A stretch of DNA of 64,000 bases from an uncultured Planctomycetota bacterium (GCA_963849325.1 CAWKHF010000008.1:32001-96000); one strand, 5' to 3'; positions 53,323-64,000 are shown, counted from the first letter of the stretch. Notes: generated by a model from the sequence alone, not told the origin. Numbers and translations are program-made.

Positions 53323-53443
53323 CCAAAGAGCCTCACGCAAAGGCGCAAAGGGCGCAAAGAAATACAAAAAATAAGTGCCAGTCGCTTTGATCTTCTTCTC
53401 TTTTCCTTTGCGCCCTTTTGCGCCTTTGCGTGAGGCTCTTTGG
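53323..53443. repeat. Inverted repeat with tandem GGCGCAAAG arms
   Basis: ccaaagagcctcacgcaaaggcgcaaagggcgcaaag ... ctttgcgcccttttgcgcctttgcgtgaggctctttgg. Confidence 0.88.
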
Positions 53444-53474
53444 TTGAGAGGCTCCAAGCCGCAAGCGGTCCGTC

Positions 53475-53723
53475 TTACGCCCCCTTCTCAACGTGCATGG
53501 CGGGGCTCCATTTCCACTCGCGCACCTCGGGCATGTCCTCGCCGTGTTTGTGGACGTACTGTTTGTGCTCGATCCGCTTGTCGCGGATGGCCTGCTTGGC
53601 GTAGGCCGCCCGCGCTCCCAGCGCCGGCACGCGGTCGATCACGTCGCCGCGGCAGGCCATGACGACGTTGGGATCGCCGCCCTGGTCGTTGCTGGCCCAC
53701 TCCCAGATGCCGATGCCGGCCGT
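53475..53723 (-). pseudogene. xfp: Phosphoketolase C-terminal remnant with internal deletion
   Basis: AGIGIWEWASNDQG.DP.VVMAC.GDV joined directly to IDRVP.LG.RAAYAKQ.IRDK.IEH..Y....GEDMPE..EWKW. Confidence 0.8.
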
Positions 53724-53961
53724 GCTCGTCTTCGCGCAGGCTGCGAGATGATTGGTCACGACCAGCCGGAATTCTTCGGCCATCGTCGCGCGGTCGATCT
53801 GCTCACCCCGTTTCACCGGCAATTTCAAGACCAGGGCGTTGACGGTGATGTCGTTTCGGATTTCACACGAGAGGACGGTATATCGCAGGTTGTCGCCCTT
53901 GATCCTCATATTCCCCTCGCGCTGGAACAACCTTTCGTTTCGCGGCGATGCCGATATTCCG

Positions 53962-54993
53962 CTATCCCTCGCCCCGTACCGCGCGCACGAACGCCTCGAA
54001 GTTGGCGACCGGCGTGCCGCGATCGACGCCGTGATTGAGGTTGACGATGTGTCGCCGACCGCCGCCAGCCGCCACGCAGGCGCGCGTCGCCGCCGTCACC
54101 TGCTCCGGCGTACCCGCACGCAAAATCTCCTCATCCACGTTGCCCTGAAAGACCAGGTGCGGATAGTCGCGCCGCGCCGCCGCCAGATCGTGACGCACGC
54201 CCAGCGAAACCACGTCCGCCCCCGACGCCGCCATGAGCGGCAGATACGGCCCTTCCTTGACGAACAGGATGCGCGGTACGCCGGCCGCCTCGCGGAAGAT
54301 CGTCTCCTGGCGCGGCTGCGCCCACGCCTCGTATTCCGTGCGGTCGAGCAGGCCGGCCCACGAGTCGAAGAGTTGGTACACGTCGGCCCCCTCGGCGATC
54401 AGCGTGCGCAGGAAGTGGACCGTCGCGGTCGTGAGCCGGTCGAGCAGGGCGTCCCAGACGCGCGGCTGCTCGGCGGCGAAGCGGCGCGTGGCGGCGATGT
54501 CCTTGCCGGTGCCGATGCAGTACGTCGCCACGGTGAACGGCGCCCCGGCGAAGACCAGCACCGGCAGTTCGCCGCGCAGCTCCTGACGTACCAGACGCAG
54601 CAGATCGCGGATGTGCTGAAAGCGCCGCGGGTCGGGCTGTACCTCCAGACGTTCGACGTCGGCGAGCGTGCGGATGGGATGATCGGGCACCGGGCCTTGC
54701 GACGGCTGAAGGACGAAGGGTTGTCCCATCGCCACCGGCAGCGTGGTGATGTCGTAAAAGAGGATGATGCCATCGACGCCGAAGCGGCGCGGCAACAGCG
54801 ACGCTTTGGCGCTCAGCTCGACGTTCTCGGAGAACTCGTAGAACGACAGGCCGTCGCGGACGCGGTTGAATTCGGGGTCCCAGCGTCCGGCCTGGCGCAT
54901 GGCCCAGACCGGCGGCCGTTCGACGGCCTCGCCGCGCGCGGCACGAACGAGCAGATGAGGAGAAGGGGCGGCCGAGGGCGGATCGTTCGTCAT
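53962..54993 (-). CDS. hemE: Uroporphyrinogen decarboxylase
   Basis: PVWAMRQAGR, ILFYDI, FAGAPFTVATY, QLFDSWAG, QGNVD, NLNHG. Confidence 0.93.
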   Translation of the reverse strand: MTNDPPSAAPSPHLLVRAARGEAVERPPVWAMRQAGRWDPEFNRVRDGLSFYEFSENVELSAKASLLPRRFGVDGIILFYDITTLPVAMGQPFVLQPSQGPVPDHPIRTLADVERLEVQPDPRRFQHIRDLLRLVRQELRGELPVLVFAGAPFTVATYCIGTGKDIAATRRFAAEQPRVWDALLDRLTTATVHFLRTLIAEGADVYQLFDSWAGLLDRTEYEAWAQPRQETIFREAAGVPRILFVKEGPYLPLMAASGADVVSLGVRHDLAAARRDYPHLVFQGNVDEEILRAGTPEQVTAATRACVAAGGGRRHIVNLNHGVDRGTPVANFEAFVRAVRGEG

Positions 54994-55035
54994 GGCGTGT
55001 TCCTTCCCTGCCGTTCGGCGCTCAGAAGCTGTAAC

Positions 55036-55146
55036 TTTTTGGCGAGCGGGGGGCGTAAGCCCCCTGTTTTTCGCCTTTTTGGCGAGCGGGGGGCGTAAGC
55101 CCCCTGTTTTTCGCCGTCAACAGGGGGCTTACGCCCCCCGCTCGCC
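55036..55146. repeat. REP-like element: exact 40-bp tandem duplication plus inverted copy
   Basis: tttttggcgagcggggggcgtaagccccctgtttttcgcc x2 (55036-55115), then aacagggggcttacgccccccgctcgcc. Confidence 0.9.
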
Positions 55147-55248
55147 TATTAGGTTAGTGCCTCTCAGGCTCATTCTACGGTAAATGTCTCGGAATGGGCT
55201 GGTTTGCACCGACGCGGTTTGTTACATCTCCGAGCGAGGAGGCGCGGA

Positions 55249-55926
55249 ATGGTCCGATTAGCACTAGTGGGTTCGGATCAGCTGGTGGATCACGTGGAGA
55301 TTCCCCCTTGGGTGATCGACCTAGATTCCTTTCGGCGTTGGGCGGACAGTGACGACTTCCCCGACTGGGGCCGCATCGACTATATCAAAGGCGAGGTCTG
55401 GGTTGACATGAGTAAGGAGCAACTCTTCACGCACCTCGCCGTCAAAAATGAATTCAACATCGTCCTCGGCTCGATGGTCAAGATGGGGCAGTTGGGTCTT
55501 TATCTGCCGGACGGAGTGTTACTGAGCAACGTGGATGCCGACATCGCCGTGAACCCCGACGCTCTCTTCGCCTCCACGGACGCTCTTGCGGATCGCCTCC
55601 GCATTCTGGAAGGCAAGAAAGGCGGTTACGTTGAAATGGAAGGCTCCCCCGACATGGTGCTGGAAGTGGTGAGTGACAGTTCCGTTCGCAAAGACATGCA
55701 GCAGCTGCGCCAGGATTACTGGACGGCCGGCATCCGCGAATACTGGCTGGTCGATGCCCGGCCCGAACCGCTGATCTTCGACATCCTGCGTCACACGCCC
55801 AAAGGCTACCGCGCGACTCCGAAAAGAGACGGGTGGGTCAAGTCGGCCGTGTTCGGCAAATCGTTCCGCCTAACGCAGCGGCCGAACACCCTGGGACATC
55901 CCGAATATACCCTGGACGTGCGCTGA
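55249..55926 (+). CDS. Uma2 (DUF820) family endonuclease-like protein
   Basis: NPDALF, GSPDMVLEVVSDSS..KD, Y..AGIREYWLVD. Confidence 0.9.
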   Translation: MVRLALVGSDQLVDHVEIPPWVIDLDSFRRWADSDDFPDWGRIDYIKGEVWVDMSKEQLFTHLAVKNEFNIVLGSMVKMGQLGLYLPDGVLLSNVDADIAVNPDALFASTDALADRLRILEGKKGGYVEMEGSPDMVLEVVSDSSVRKDMQQLRQDYWTAGIREYWLVDARPEPLIFDILRHTPKGYRATPKRDGWVKSAVFGKSFRLTQRPNTLGHPEYTLDVR

Positions 55927-55953
55927 CATTGCTCATCTTCCTCGGACCAAGGT

Positions 55954-56688
55954 TTATCTTTCCAGCTTCGTTCCCACGTACAGCGTCGCAATCCCAAACG
56001 TCAGCGGATGCCAGTACACGTCCGTCAGACCGTGGCCGCGCAGCTTCTCGGCCAGCGCCTCGCCGTCGGGAAATTCCAGCACGCTGGCCGGCAGGTAGTT
56101 GTAGGCGTTGTCGCGGCTGCGCGACAGCATCTGGCCGACGCACGGCAGGACCCAGCGAAAATAAGCACGATACAGCCGGCCGAACAGCCAGTGGCGCGGC
56201 CGCGAAAACTCCAGGATCGCCACCCGTCCGCCCGGCCGCGTCACGCGCACCATCTCGGCCAGGCCTCGATCCGTGTCGGTCACGTTGCGCAGGCCGAACG
56301 CCACCGTCGTCAGCTGGAAGGTATCGTCGGCGAAGGGCAGGCGCTGCGTGTCGGCCTCGACGTAGCGGATACGGTCGGCGGCGCCGCGGCGGCGCGGTCT
56401 TGTCGCGGGCCGGCAGCAGCATCGGCAGACAGAAATCGGCGCCGAAGATCGGCACACGCTGGCCGGCGGCGCGGTCGTAGGCCAGGGCCAGGTCGCCGGT
56501 GCCGGTGCAAACGTCGAGGATGGGGCGCTGTCGTCGAACCGTGGCGGCGCCAGCCGCGTCGTCCGCCAGCGCCAGTAGCGATCGACGTTCAGGCTGAGCA
56601 GGTGGTTGAGCAGGTCGTAGCGCCGCGCGATGTCGCCGAACATCGTGCGGATGCGCGATTCACGCTTGTCGAGCAGGCTGCGCGACAC
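55954..56688 (-). CDS. ubiE: UbiE/MenG C-methyltransferase, frameshifted about 56400-56530
   Basis: [31 protein letters not shown]...[14 protein letters not shown]. Confidence 0.9.
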   Translation of the reverse strand: MSRSLLDKRESRIRTMFGDIARRYDLLNHLLSLNVDRYWRWRTTRLAPPRFDDSAPSSTFAPAPATWPWPTTAPPASVCRSSAPISVCRCCCRPATRPRRRGAADRIRYVEADTQRLPFADDTFQLTTVAFGLRNVTDTDRGLAEMVRVTRPGGRVAILEFSRPRHWLFGRLYRAYFRWVLPCVGQMLSRSRDNAYNYLPASVLEFPDGEALAEKLRGHGLTDVYWHPLTFGIATLYVGTKLER

Positions 56689-56865
56689 GATGCTCCCTCA
56701 TGGATGGCGGAGTCGCGGCGCGGTTGCGAGCGCCGCGTTCTCCTCATACTATAGCGCCACGGATCGACGAGGGCCGCCGGCGGCTTGGCACCAAGCCGCC
56801 AGCGGCCTCTTTGATGACCGTCGACCGGGCCGATTGTCCCCGGATTGTCACGAAACCGAGGCGAG

Positions 56866-58391
56866 GTGGGCCATCCGCATTCTGCTGGCGGCCTCTGAGG
56901 TGGTCGGCTTCGCCAAGACCGGCGGACTGGCCGACGTCGCCGGCGCCTTGCCGCCGGCCCTGGCCCGACGCGGCCTCGAATGCGCCGTCATCCTGCCCCT
57001 GTACCGCTGTGCTCGCGCCGCCCAGCCGGCCCCCGAACCCACCGAACACACCTTCGAGCGTGCCCATCCGCGACCGCTGCCGTCGCTGGCCGGCTGTGGC
57101 GCGCGACACTGCCCGACTCAGACGTACCTGTCTGTCTGGTCGAGCAGGACGACTACTTCGACCGCGACGACCCCGGACGACGGCCGCGGCCTGTACCAGT
57201 TCACGACGCCCAACGGCGGCCGCCGCGACTACGCCGACAACTGCGAACGCTTCGTCTTCTTCTGCCGCGCCGTCCTGGAAGCGCTCCGCCTGCTCGACTT
57301 CTGGCCCGACGTGCTGCACGTCAACGACTGGCAGACCGGACTGGTCCCCGTCTATCTGCGCGAGTTGTACCGCCGCACCGGCAGCGACCGGCTGCGGCCA
57401 GCTACGGACACATCGGCACCCTGTTCACCATCCACAACATCGCTTACCAGGGCACGTTTTGGCACCTGGACATGCCGCTGACCGGCCTGGACTGGCGGCT
57501 GTTCAACTACCGCCAGCTGGAGTTCCACGGCCAGCTGTGCTGCTCAAGGCCGGCATCGTCTTCGCCGACCTGGTCAACACCGTCAGCCCGACCTATGCCC
57601 GCGAGATCCAGACGCCCTACTACGGCTGCGGCCTGCAGGGCGTCCTCAACGAGCGGCGCGAGCGTCTGTTCGGCATCGTCAACGGTGTCGATTACCGCGT
57701 CTGGGATCCCGCCACCGACCCGCATCTGCCGGCCGACTACGATGCCGACGACCTCCAGCCCGGCAAGCCGCGTGCAAGGCCGACCTGCAACGGCGCGAGG
57801 GCCTGTCCGTCGAGCCGCAGGCACCGCTTCTGGGCGTGGTGGCCCGGCTGGTCGAACAGAAGGGCGTCGATTTGATCGTCAAGGCTGCTCCCGCGCCTGC
57901 TCGACCAGGGCGCTGCAACTCGTCGTGCTCGGCGAGGGCGATCCGGCGTATCACCGTATGCTGGAGGAGCTGCATCGCCGCTATTCCGGCCGGGTACGAC
58001 GCTGACCGTCGGCTTCGACGAGGACCTCGCTCACCGCATCGAGGCCGGGGCCGATCTGTTCCTGATGCCGAGCTTGTACGAGCCGTCCGGCCTCAATCAG
58101 CTCTATAGTATGAGGTACGGCACGCCGCCGGTGGTGCGGAGCACCGGCGGCCTGGCCGACACCGTCGTCGATAGCGACGCCGCCACGCTGGCGGCCGGCA
58201 CGGCGACGGGTTTCTGTTTCACGCCCTACACGGCCGACGCCCTCCGCGAGACGGTCGAGCGCGCCCTGGCCCTGTACCGCGGCCAGCCGCAGCCGTGGCG
58301 GCAGGTCGTCGTCACGGCCATGCGGCAGGATTGGTCCTGGGACCGCAGCGCCGGAGAGTACGTGCGGCTGTACGAGCGAATTGCGGGATGA
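56866..58391 (+). CDS. glgA: Glycogen synthase, multiple frameshifts
   Basis: [66 protein letters not shown]. Confidence 0.92.
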
Positions 58392-58417
58392 GAAGCGACA
58401 GCAGGCGAAGGACGGAG

Positions 58418-58516
58418 GAAAGTGAAAATTGAAAAGTAAATAAATTGAAAAATGAATAGGCGATGACCGATATCTTCTCATTTTTCAATTTTTACTTTTC
58501 ACTTTTCAATTTTCAA
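58418..58516. repeat. AT-rich inverted repeat with heptamer arms (same family as 46909-47074)
   Basis: gaaagtgaaaattgaaaagtaaa ... tttacttttcacttttcaattttc. Confidence 0.82.
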
Positions 58517-58541
58517 TGAATCGACCTGACGGAGTGATGGC

Positions 58542-60805
58542 ATGGCGGACATCGCACTGGCATTCTTCTGGCACCAGCATCAGCCGTACTACCCCGACGA
58601 CGTGGCCGGCGAAAACCCCATGCCGTGGGTGCGCCTGCACGGCGTCAAGGACTACTACGGCATGGCCCTGCATCTGCTGGAATTCCCGGAGATGCACTGC
58701 ACCATCAACCTCGTGCCCAGCCTGCTGCTCCAGTTCGCGCCTACACCGAGCACAAGGCCAGCGACCGCTTCCTCGATGTGTCGCGCATCCCCGCCGACGG
58801 TCTGAGCGAAGACGACTGCCTGTTCCTGCTCGACCATTTCTTCATGGCCAACCCGGACCACATGATCCGGCCGTTCCCGCGCTACGCCGAACTGTACCAG
58901 CGCCGCGGCCGCGGGCGCGGAACAGCGCCCGCGAGGCTCTGCGCCGCTTCCAGGCCCGCGACCTGCGCGACCTGCAAGTGTGGTTCAACCTCACCTGGGT
59001 CCATCCCGCTGGCCTTCGAGCGCGACGACTGCCTTCGCGCCCTGCGCGACAAGGGCCGCCATTTCACGCGAGGACGACAAGGCCGCCCTGCTGGCCAAGC
59101 ACCTGGACATCCTCAAGCAAGATCATCCCGCTGCACCGCAAGCTGGCCGCGAGCGGGCCAGGTCGAGCTGACGACGACGCCGTACTTCCATCCGATCCTG
59201 CCGCTGCTGTTCGACAAGAAGCTGGCCCGCGAGGCGATGCCGGAGGTCAAGCTGCCGCGCTACACCGGCGGCTATCCCGAGGACGCCGCCGTCCACGTCC
59301 GCCGCGCCGTCGAGCAGCACGCGCGCCTCTTCGGCCGCCGGCCGCAGGGCATGTGGCCGGCCGAGGGATCGGTCTGCCAGACGATGATGCCGCTGCTGGC
59401 CCAGCACGGCATCCGCTGGATCGCCACCGACGAGGAGGTCCTCAGCGCCTCGACGCACGGCTTGGTCAGCCGCGACGGCAAGGGCCACGTCCGCAACCCC
59501 GAGCAGCTGTACCGGCCTTACAAGGTGCGCGAGGGCGATGCCGAGCTGGGCATCGTCTTCCGCGATCACGCCCTGAGCGACCTGATCGGCTTCCACTATC
59601 AGCGCAGCGAGCCGGCGGCCGCCGCCGACAATTTCCTCGGCTGCCTGCACGGCATCGGCCAGGTAGTGCACGGCGGACGAACCGGCCCTGGTCAGCGTCA
59701 TCCTCGACGGCGAGAACTGCTGGGAGCACTATCCCGGCGGCGGCGTCGCCTTCCTCCGTGCCCTCTACCAGCGCTGCACCAGCACGCCGGGCGTCACGCC
59801 CGGTGAAGATCGGCGACTACCTGGAGCAGTACCCGCCGCGCGACACGCTGCCGCACCTGTTCGCCGGCAGCTGGATCAGCCACAACTTCGCCATCTGGAT
59901 CGGCCACGAGGAGGACAACACGGCCTGGGACGCCCTGCACCGCACGCGCGAGTATCTGCTGCGCAAGACGGCAGTGACAGGCGACAGGAGACAAGGTGAC
60001 AAGGTGAACAGTGGCACCGATCCGGCGTCTGTCCCTGGTCCCTGTCCCCTGTCCCCTGTCACCACTTCGAAGGGCGTGGGAGGAGCTGTACATCGCCGAG
60101 GGCAGCGACTGGTTCTGGTGGTACGGCGACGACCACTCCAGCGCCCAGGATGCCCTGTTCGATTACCTGTTCCGCAAGCACCTGCAGAACGTCTACCTGC
60201 TGCTCGGCGACGAGCCGCCGCCGGAGCTGGCCCGGCCGATCAGCCGCAAGGGCCAGCGCGTCCACTACACGCACGCCGCGCGCCTTCCTCGACGTGAAGA
60301 TCGACGGCCGCTAGACCTTTTTCGAGTGGGTCAGCGCCGGCCGCTACACCTGCCAGAACGAGCGCGGTACGATGGCGATGGCGACGCAGGGGCCGCTGCG
60401 AAGAGCTGTACTTCGGCTTCGACCTGTCGCTGCTGCTGATCCGCATTGACTGCGATCGGCCCGGCGAAGAGCGCCCTGGCGGACTTCGACGTCTGTGCGC
60501 ATCGGCTTCGTCGAGCCGGCCGGCTGCGAGGTGCGCGTGTCCAATCCCGGCCGGCCGGACCAGCGGGCTGAATTGCTCCGCGATGGCGTCGCCGGTACCC
60601 GGTGTCCGGTCCGGCGGTGGGCATCGACCAGATCGCCGAGGCGGCCATGCCGTTCGACGCCCTGGGCGTCGAGGTGGATCAGCCGCTGCAGTTCTTCGTC
60701 GAGCTGCTGCGCGACGGTCAGAGCCACGACCGCGCCCCGCGCGAGGGCGCCATCGTGCTGACCCGGCCGTCGCCTGACTTCGAGCAGATCATGTGGGACG
60801 TGTAA
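58542..60805 (+). CDS. Glycoside hydrolase family 57 (amylopullulanase-like), multiple frameshifts
   Basis: [55 protein letters not shown]. Confidence 0.9.
59973..60062. repeat. Inverted short-tandem repeat (GACAGG-type arms) within the GH57 coding sequence
   Basis: gtgacaggcgacaggagacaaggtgacaagg ... ctgtccctggtccctgtcccctgtcccctgtcac. Confidence 0.78.
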
Positions 60806-60816
60806 CCAAGAAATAT

Positions 60817-60952
60817 AAGCCACAGATAAACACAGATAAACACAGATGAAGAAAAATAGAATGAAAACGAATTCGCGCGGAGGACAGATTGACGAGTTTG
60901 TCCCTCATTTTTGTGAATTTTATCCGTGTTCATCTGTGTTCATCTGTGGTTA
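60817..60952. repeat. Inverted repeat with 9-mer tandem arms (CACAGATAA)
   Basis: ccacagataaacacagataaacacagat ... atccgtgttcatctgtgttcatctgtgg. Confidence 0.87.
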
Positions 60953-61009
60953 ATTGGTTTTATGGACCAAACGCTGCAAGGGTTCGCCGCTTCACTGCGA
61001 GGTTTGCCG

Positions 61010-62035
61010 ATGCCGGAGCTGCGCAAGGATCCGATCGTCGGCCGCTGGGTCATCATCGCCACCGACCGGGCCAAGCGGCCGGTGGCGCCCGAGAGCGAGC
61101 CGCTCGTCCGCCGGGCAGCCTTCTGCCCCTTCTGCGAGGGCAACGAGGACAAGACGCCGCACGAGATCCTCGCCTACCGCGAGCGCAACAGCCAGCCCAA
61201 CGAGAAGGGCTGGCGCGTCCGCGTCGTGCCCAACAAGTTCCCCGCCCTGCAGATCGAGGGCGACCTGAACAAGCGCGGCGACGGCATCTACGACAAGATG
61301 AACGGCATCGGCGCCCACGAGGTCATCCTCGAATGCCCCTTCCACGAAACGCAGCATGGCCAACCTCACCGAGGACAACATCCGCGAGGTGCTCTGGGTC
61401 TACCGCGACCGCCTCGTGGACCTCAAGAAAGATCCGCGGCTGGTCTACGGCATGGTGTTCAAGAACGTCGGCGCCGCCGCCGGCGCCTCGCTGGAGCACT
61501 CGCACTCGCAGCTGATCGTCACGCCGATCGTGCCGATCAACGTCTGGGAGGAGATGACCGGCTCGCTGGAGTTCTTCAACTACCGCGGCCGCTGCATCTA
61601 CTGCGACATGATCCATCAGGAGCTGGCGACCGAGAAGCGCATCGTCCTGGACACGCCGAACTTCGTCAGCTTCTGCCCCTACGCCAGCCGCTTCCCGTTC
61701 GAGACGTGGATCCTGCCCAAGACACCACAACAGCCACTACGAGAACATCCAGAAGAACGAGGTGGACGAGCTGGGCACGGTGCTCAAGACGATCCTGCTG
61801 AAGCTGGAGGCGGCGCTGGACGAGCCGGCCTACAACTACATCATCCACACCTCGCCGTTCGACACGCAGATCGCTGCCGCACTACCACTGGCACATGGAG
61901 ATCATCCCGCGGCTGACGCGCGTGGCCGGCTTCGAGTGGGGCACGGGCTTCTACATCAACCCGGTGCCGCCGGAGCAGGCGGCGGAGTTCCTGCGGGAGA
62001 CCGAGGTGGATGTCACGGCGGGACGTCGGAAGTAG
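61010..62035 (+). CDS. galT: GalT-family nucleotidyltransferase (galactose-1-phosphate uridylyltransferase-like), frameshifted
   Basis: [45 protein letters not shown]. Confidence 0.9.
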
Positions 62036-62094
62036 GCCGCTGTTGAAAGGGGATCGAGTGAAAAAATGATAGGGGATGGGAAAAACGACCGCGC

Positions 62095-62400
62095 TCACGA
62101 TTGGCCCCGCATCATGGCCCCCAGGTGTTTCTGCGCCTCGGTCAGGCGAGGAGTCTCGTTCAAGGCAGCCCAAAACGCGAACTGCTCCTCGGCAGTCAAA
62201 GTAATAGTCTGCTCCCGCGCAGCGCGCACCTCGCGCTGAGCCTGAGCGACCGTCACCTCACGCACGTAATCGCTGATACTGATTCGCCGCAGTTCCGCCG
62301 CCTGGACCAGAAACGCTTTGCTTTCGTCGTCGAGGCGGACCACAAGAGAGCGGGCGGTTCGGCCCTTCTTCGACTGGCCGGATGAGCGTGCCTTGGTCAT
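62095..62400 (-). CDS. DUF1778 (TacA-like RHH) antitoxin
   Basis: LVVRLD.E.K..L.QAA......SDYV..........ITL..E...FWAAL..P; AAGGAG RBS. Confidence 0.8.
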   Translation of the reverse strand: MTKARSSGQSKKGRTARSLVVRLDDESKAFLVQAAELRRISISDYVREVTVAQAQREVRAAREQTITLTAEEQFAFWAALNETPRLTEAQKHLGAMMRGQS

Positions 62401-62490
62401 GGGACTAATCTCCTTCGTCCCTAATTGAATAGCAAATGGATATACAATCAAGTCTAGTGACAGACCCCAGTCCGTCGCGGACGTTCCGCG

Positions 62491-64000
62491 CTAGCGGCTC
62501 ATTCGGGTCGCCGATGTGCGCAGCACCCGCGCTTCCACGTCGGCGCCCTCGAAGAGCAATTCCTCGCCGTGTTGGCGGACCAACTCGACGAGGCGGCGCA
62601 TGAAGCCCAGTCCGGCGGCCGCCTGCGGCACGTCGAGCACTTGCGGCGACGCCTCCAGCAGCGGACGCGGCAAACATACGACCGTCTTGGCCCGCGCCCG
62701 CGTCAGGGCGACGTTGAGACGGTTCAGCCCGTAAATGAACTCCGCTTCGCGCAAGGCGAACTCGGGATCGGACACGCCGTAACTGACCAGCACGGCGTCG
62801 GCTTGCTGTCCCTGCATCTTGTCCACCGTATCGACGAACGGCGAACAGTGCCACCGCCGTCGCGCCGCCAGCTCGCGCTGAATGGCCCGAATCTGGGCAT
62901 GATGGGGACTGACGACGAAGACGCCGTGACGAAAGAAGGCATCGTCGTCCGCGTAGGGTCGGCCGTTGTCTTCGCGCAGCCCGTCGCGCAGGGCCGTCAC
63001 CAATTGGGCGATCAGGTCGGCCTCGATCGGATTGGCCCGCGAGGCGCGGATGCCATCGAGGACGACCACGACGAGCGGAAAATCCGGATCGAGGCACGCC
63101 GCCACGAGCGGATCGAGTCCGCGTTTGGGCGTGAAGGCGAGCCGGTGATGGGCCACGGCGGCGCTGCCGCACTGGTAGCGCGGGCCGTACAGCAACTCGG
63201 CGGCACAGCCGGTCAGCACGTCGTTCATGCGGAAGTTTTCCAGCAACGGCCGGACGAGACGACTCTCGGCGATCGGCGGATCGGAGCAGGGACAGACGGC
63301 CTCGAGGATGGAGCGGTGCAGCACGCGGTTCGCCGGGCGGCGTATCGGGATACAGGCCGGCAACGATGGGCGGCAGCTGCAAGTGATCGCCGGCCAGCAC
63401 GAGTCGGCCGTCGGTCCCGGCCAGGTAGGCGGCGATGGCCGCCTCCGGCACGCGCACCTGCGACGCCTCGTCGATCACCACCAGGTCGAACGGCGGCAGT
63501 TCCTGGCGTTTCTTGAGACAGGAATAGACCGTGGCGCCGAGCACGACCTGCTCGCCGTCGCTGAGCCACCCGCCCAGGTCCGCCTCGGCCACGACCTCGA
63601 CGCCGGGGTTGACGCCGCGCCAGTATTTTCGCCTTGCCGAGTAGCAAATCGAATGCCTCGGCCGGCAGGACGCGGCGTCGCTGGACGACCTGGCCCAGCA
63701 GGTTCTCGATGGCGGCATGCGTGAAGGCCGTCGCCAGGACACGGAAGGGCTGGCCGGTGCGGGCATGGGCCGCCGCCAGGGCGACGATGGTCGAGGCCAG
63801 GAAGTGCGTCTTGCCGGTGCCCGGCGGACCCCAGACCGCCGTGACGCGCTGGCCGCCAATCGCTCGAAACGCCTCGCGCTGGCTGGGCGTGAAACCGAGT
63901 TGAGCTTCCAGGCGCGTCGCATTCATCCGCACCTTCGCCGGCAAAGGCAGAGGCGTGGCGGTCTCCTCGGGCTGACGCAGCAGTCGCAGGAACAGGCTGG
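62491..64000 (-). CDS. SF1 (DNA2/NAM7-like) helicase, C-terminal part, frameshifted; 5' end outside window
   Basis: WGPPGTGKT, VIDEASQ, GDHLQLPP, NFRMN, VSPHHAQ, TVDKMQG, RLNVALTRAR. Confidence 0.9.

Noticed and set aside
53724-53930. N-terminal part of the 151-aa ORF as a new protein
   Set aside because: No recognisable similarity to phosphoketolase or anything else; probably unrelated DNA fused in frame to the relic.
55036-55146. Possible CRISPR array (40-bp direct repeats)
   Set aside because: The two copies abut with no spacer, the third is inverted, and no cas genes are present.

Overview
High-GC bacterial DNA that reads as Planctomycetota (Gemmataceae-like). The evidence is DUF1549/DUF1553, DUF1501, DUF1559 and DUF4058 proteins, 'DxxGDPLP..A.ARLG' WD40 proteins, ECF sigma factors with long extensions and a planctomycete-type Ser/Thr kinase. 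Many conserved genes (fadB-like, ygiQ, pgi, pgm, ubiE, glgA, GH57, galT, helicase) carry 1-nt frameshifts; these are most likely long-read or consensus errors, so I annotate them as single genes. Contents in order: tandem WD40 paralogs; a translationally coupled kinase/unknown/glycosyltransferase operon; a fatty-acid oxidation gene; four toxin-antitoxin loci; an IRG/IIGP-like GTPase; a six-gene Dyp-peroxidase/cysteine-less flavoprotein cassette lying between two diverged copies of the ygiQ 3' end (best candidate for an undescribed system); ECF loci; gdhA; sugar-phosphate and glycogen genes; a deleted phosphoketolase remnant; and a partial SF1 helicase. Intergenic space holds at least six families of REP-like hairpins and several inverted repeats whose arms are microsatellites. 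Some of these supply stop codons or sit in-frame inside proteins. I saw no rRNA, tRNA, CRISPR array, integrase or transposase. All family calls come from motif recognition by eye, not database searches.
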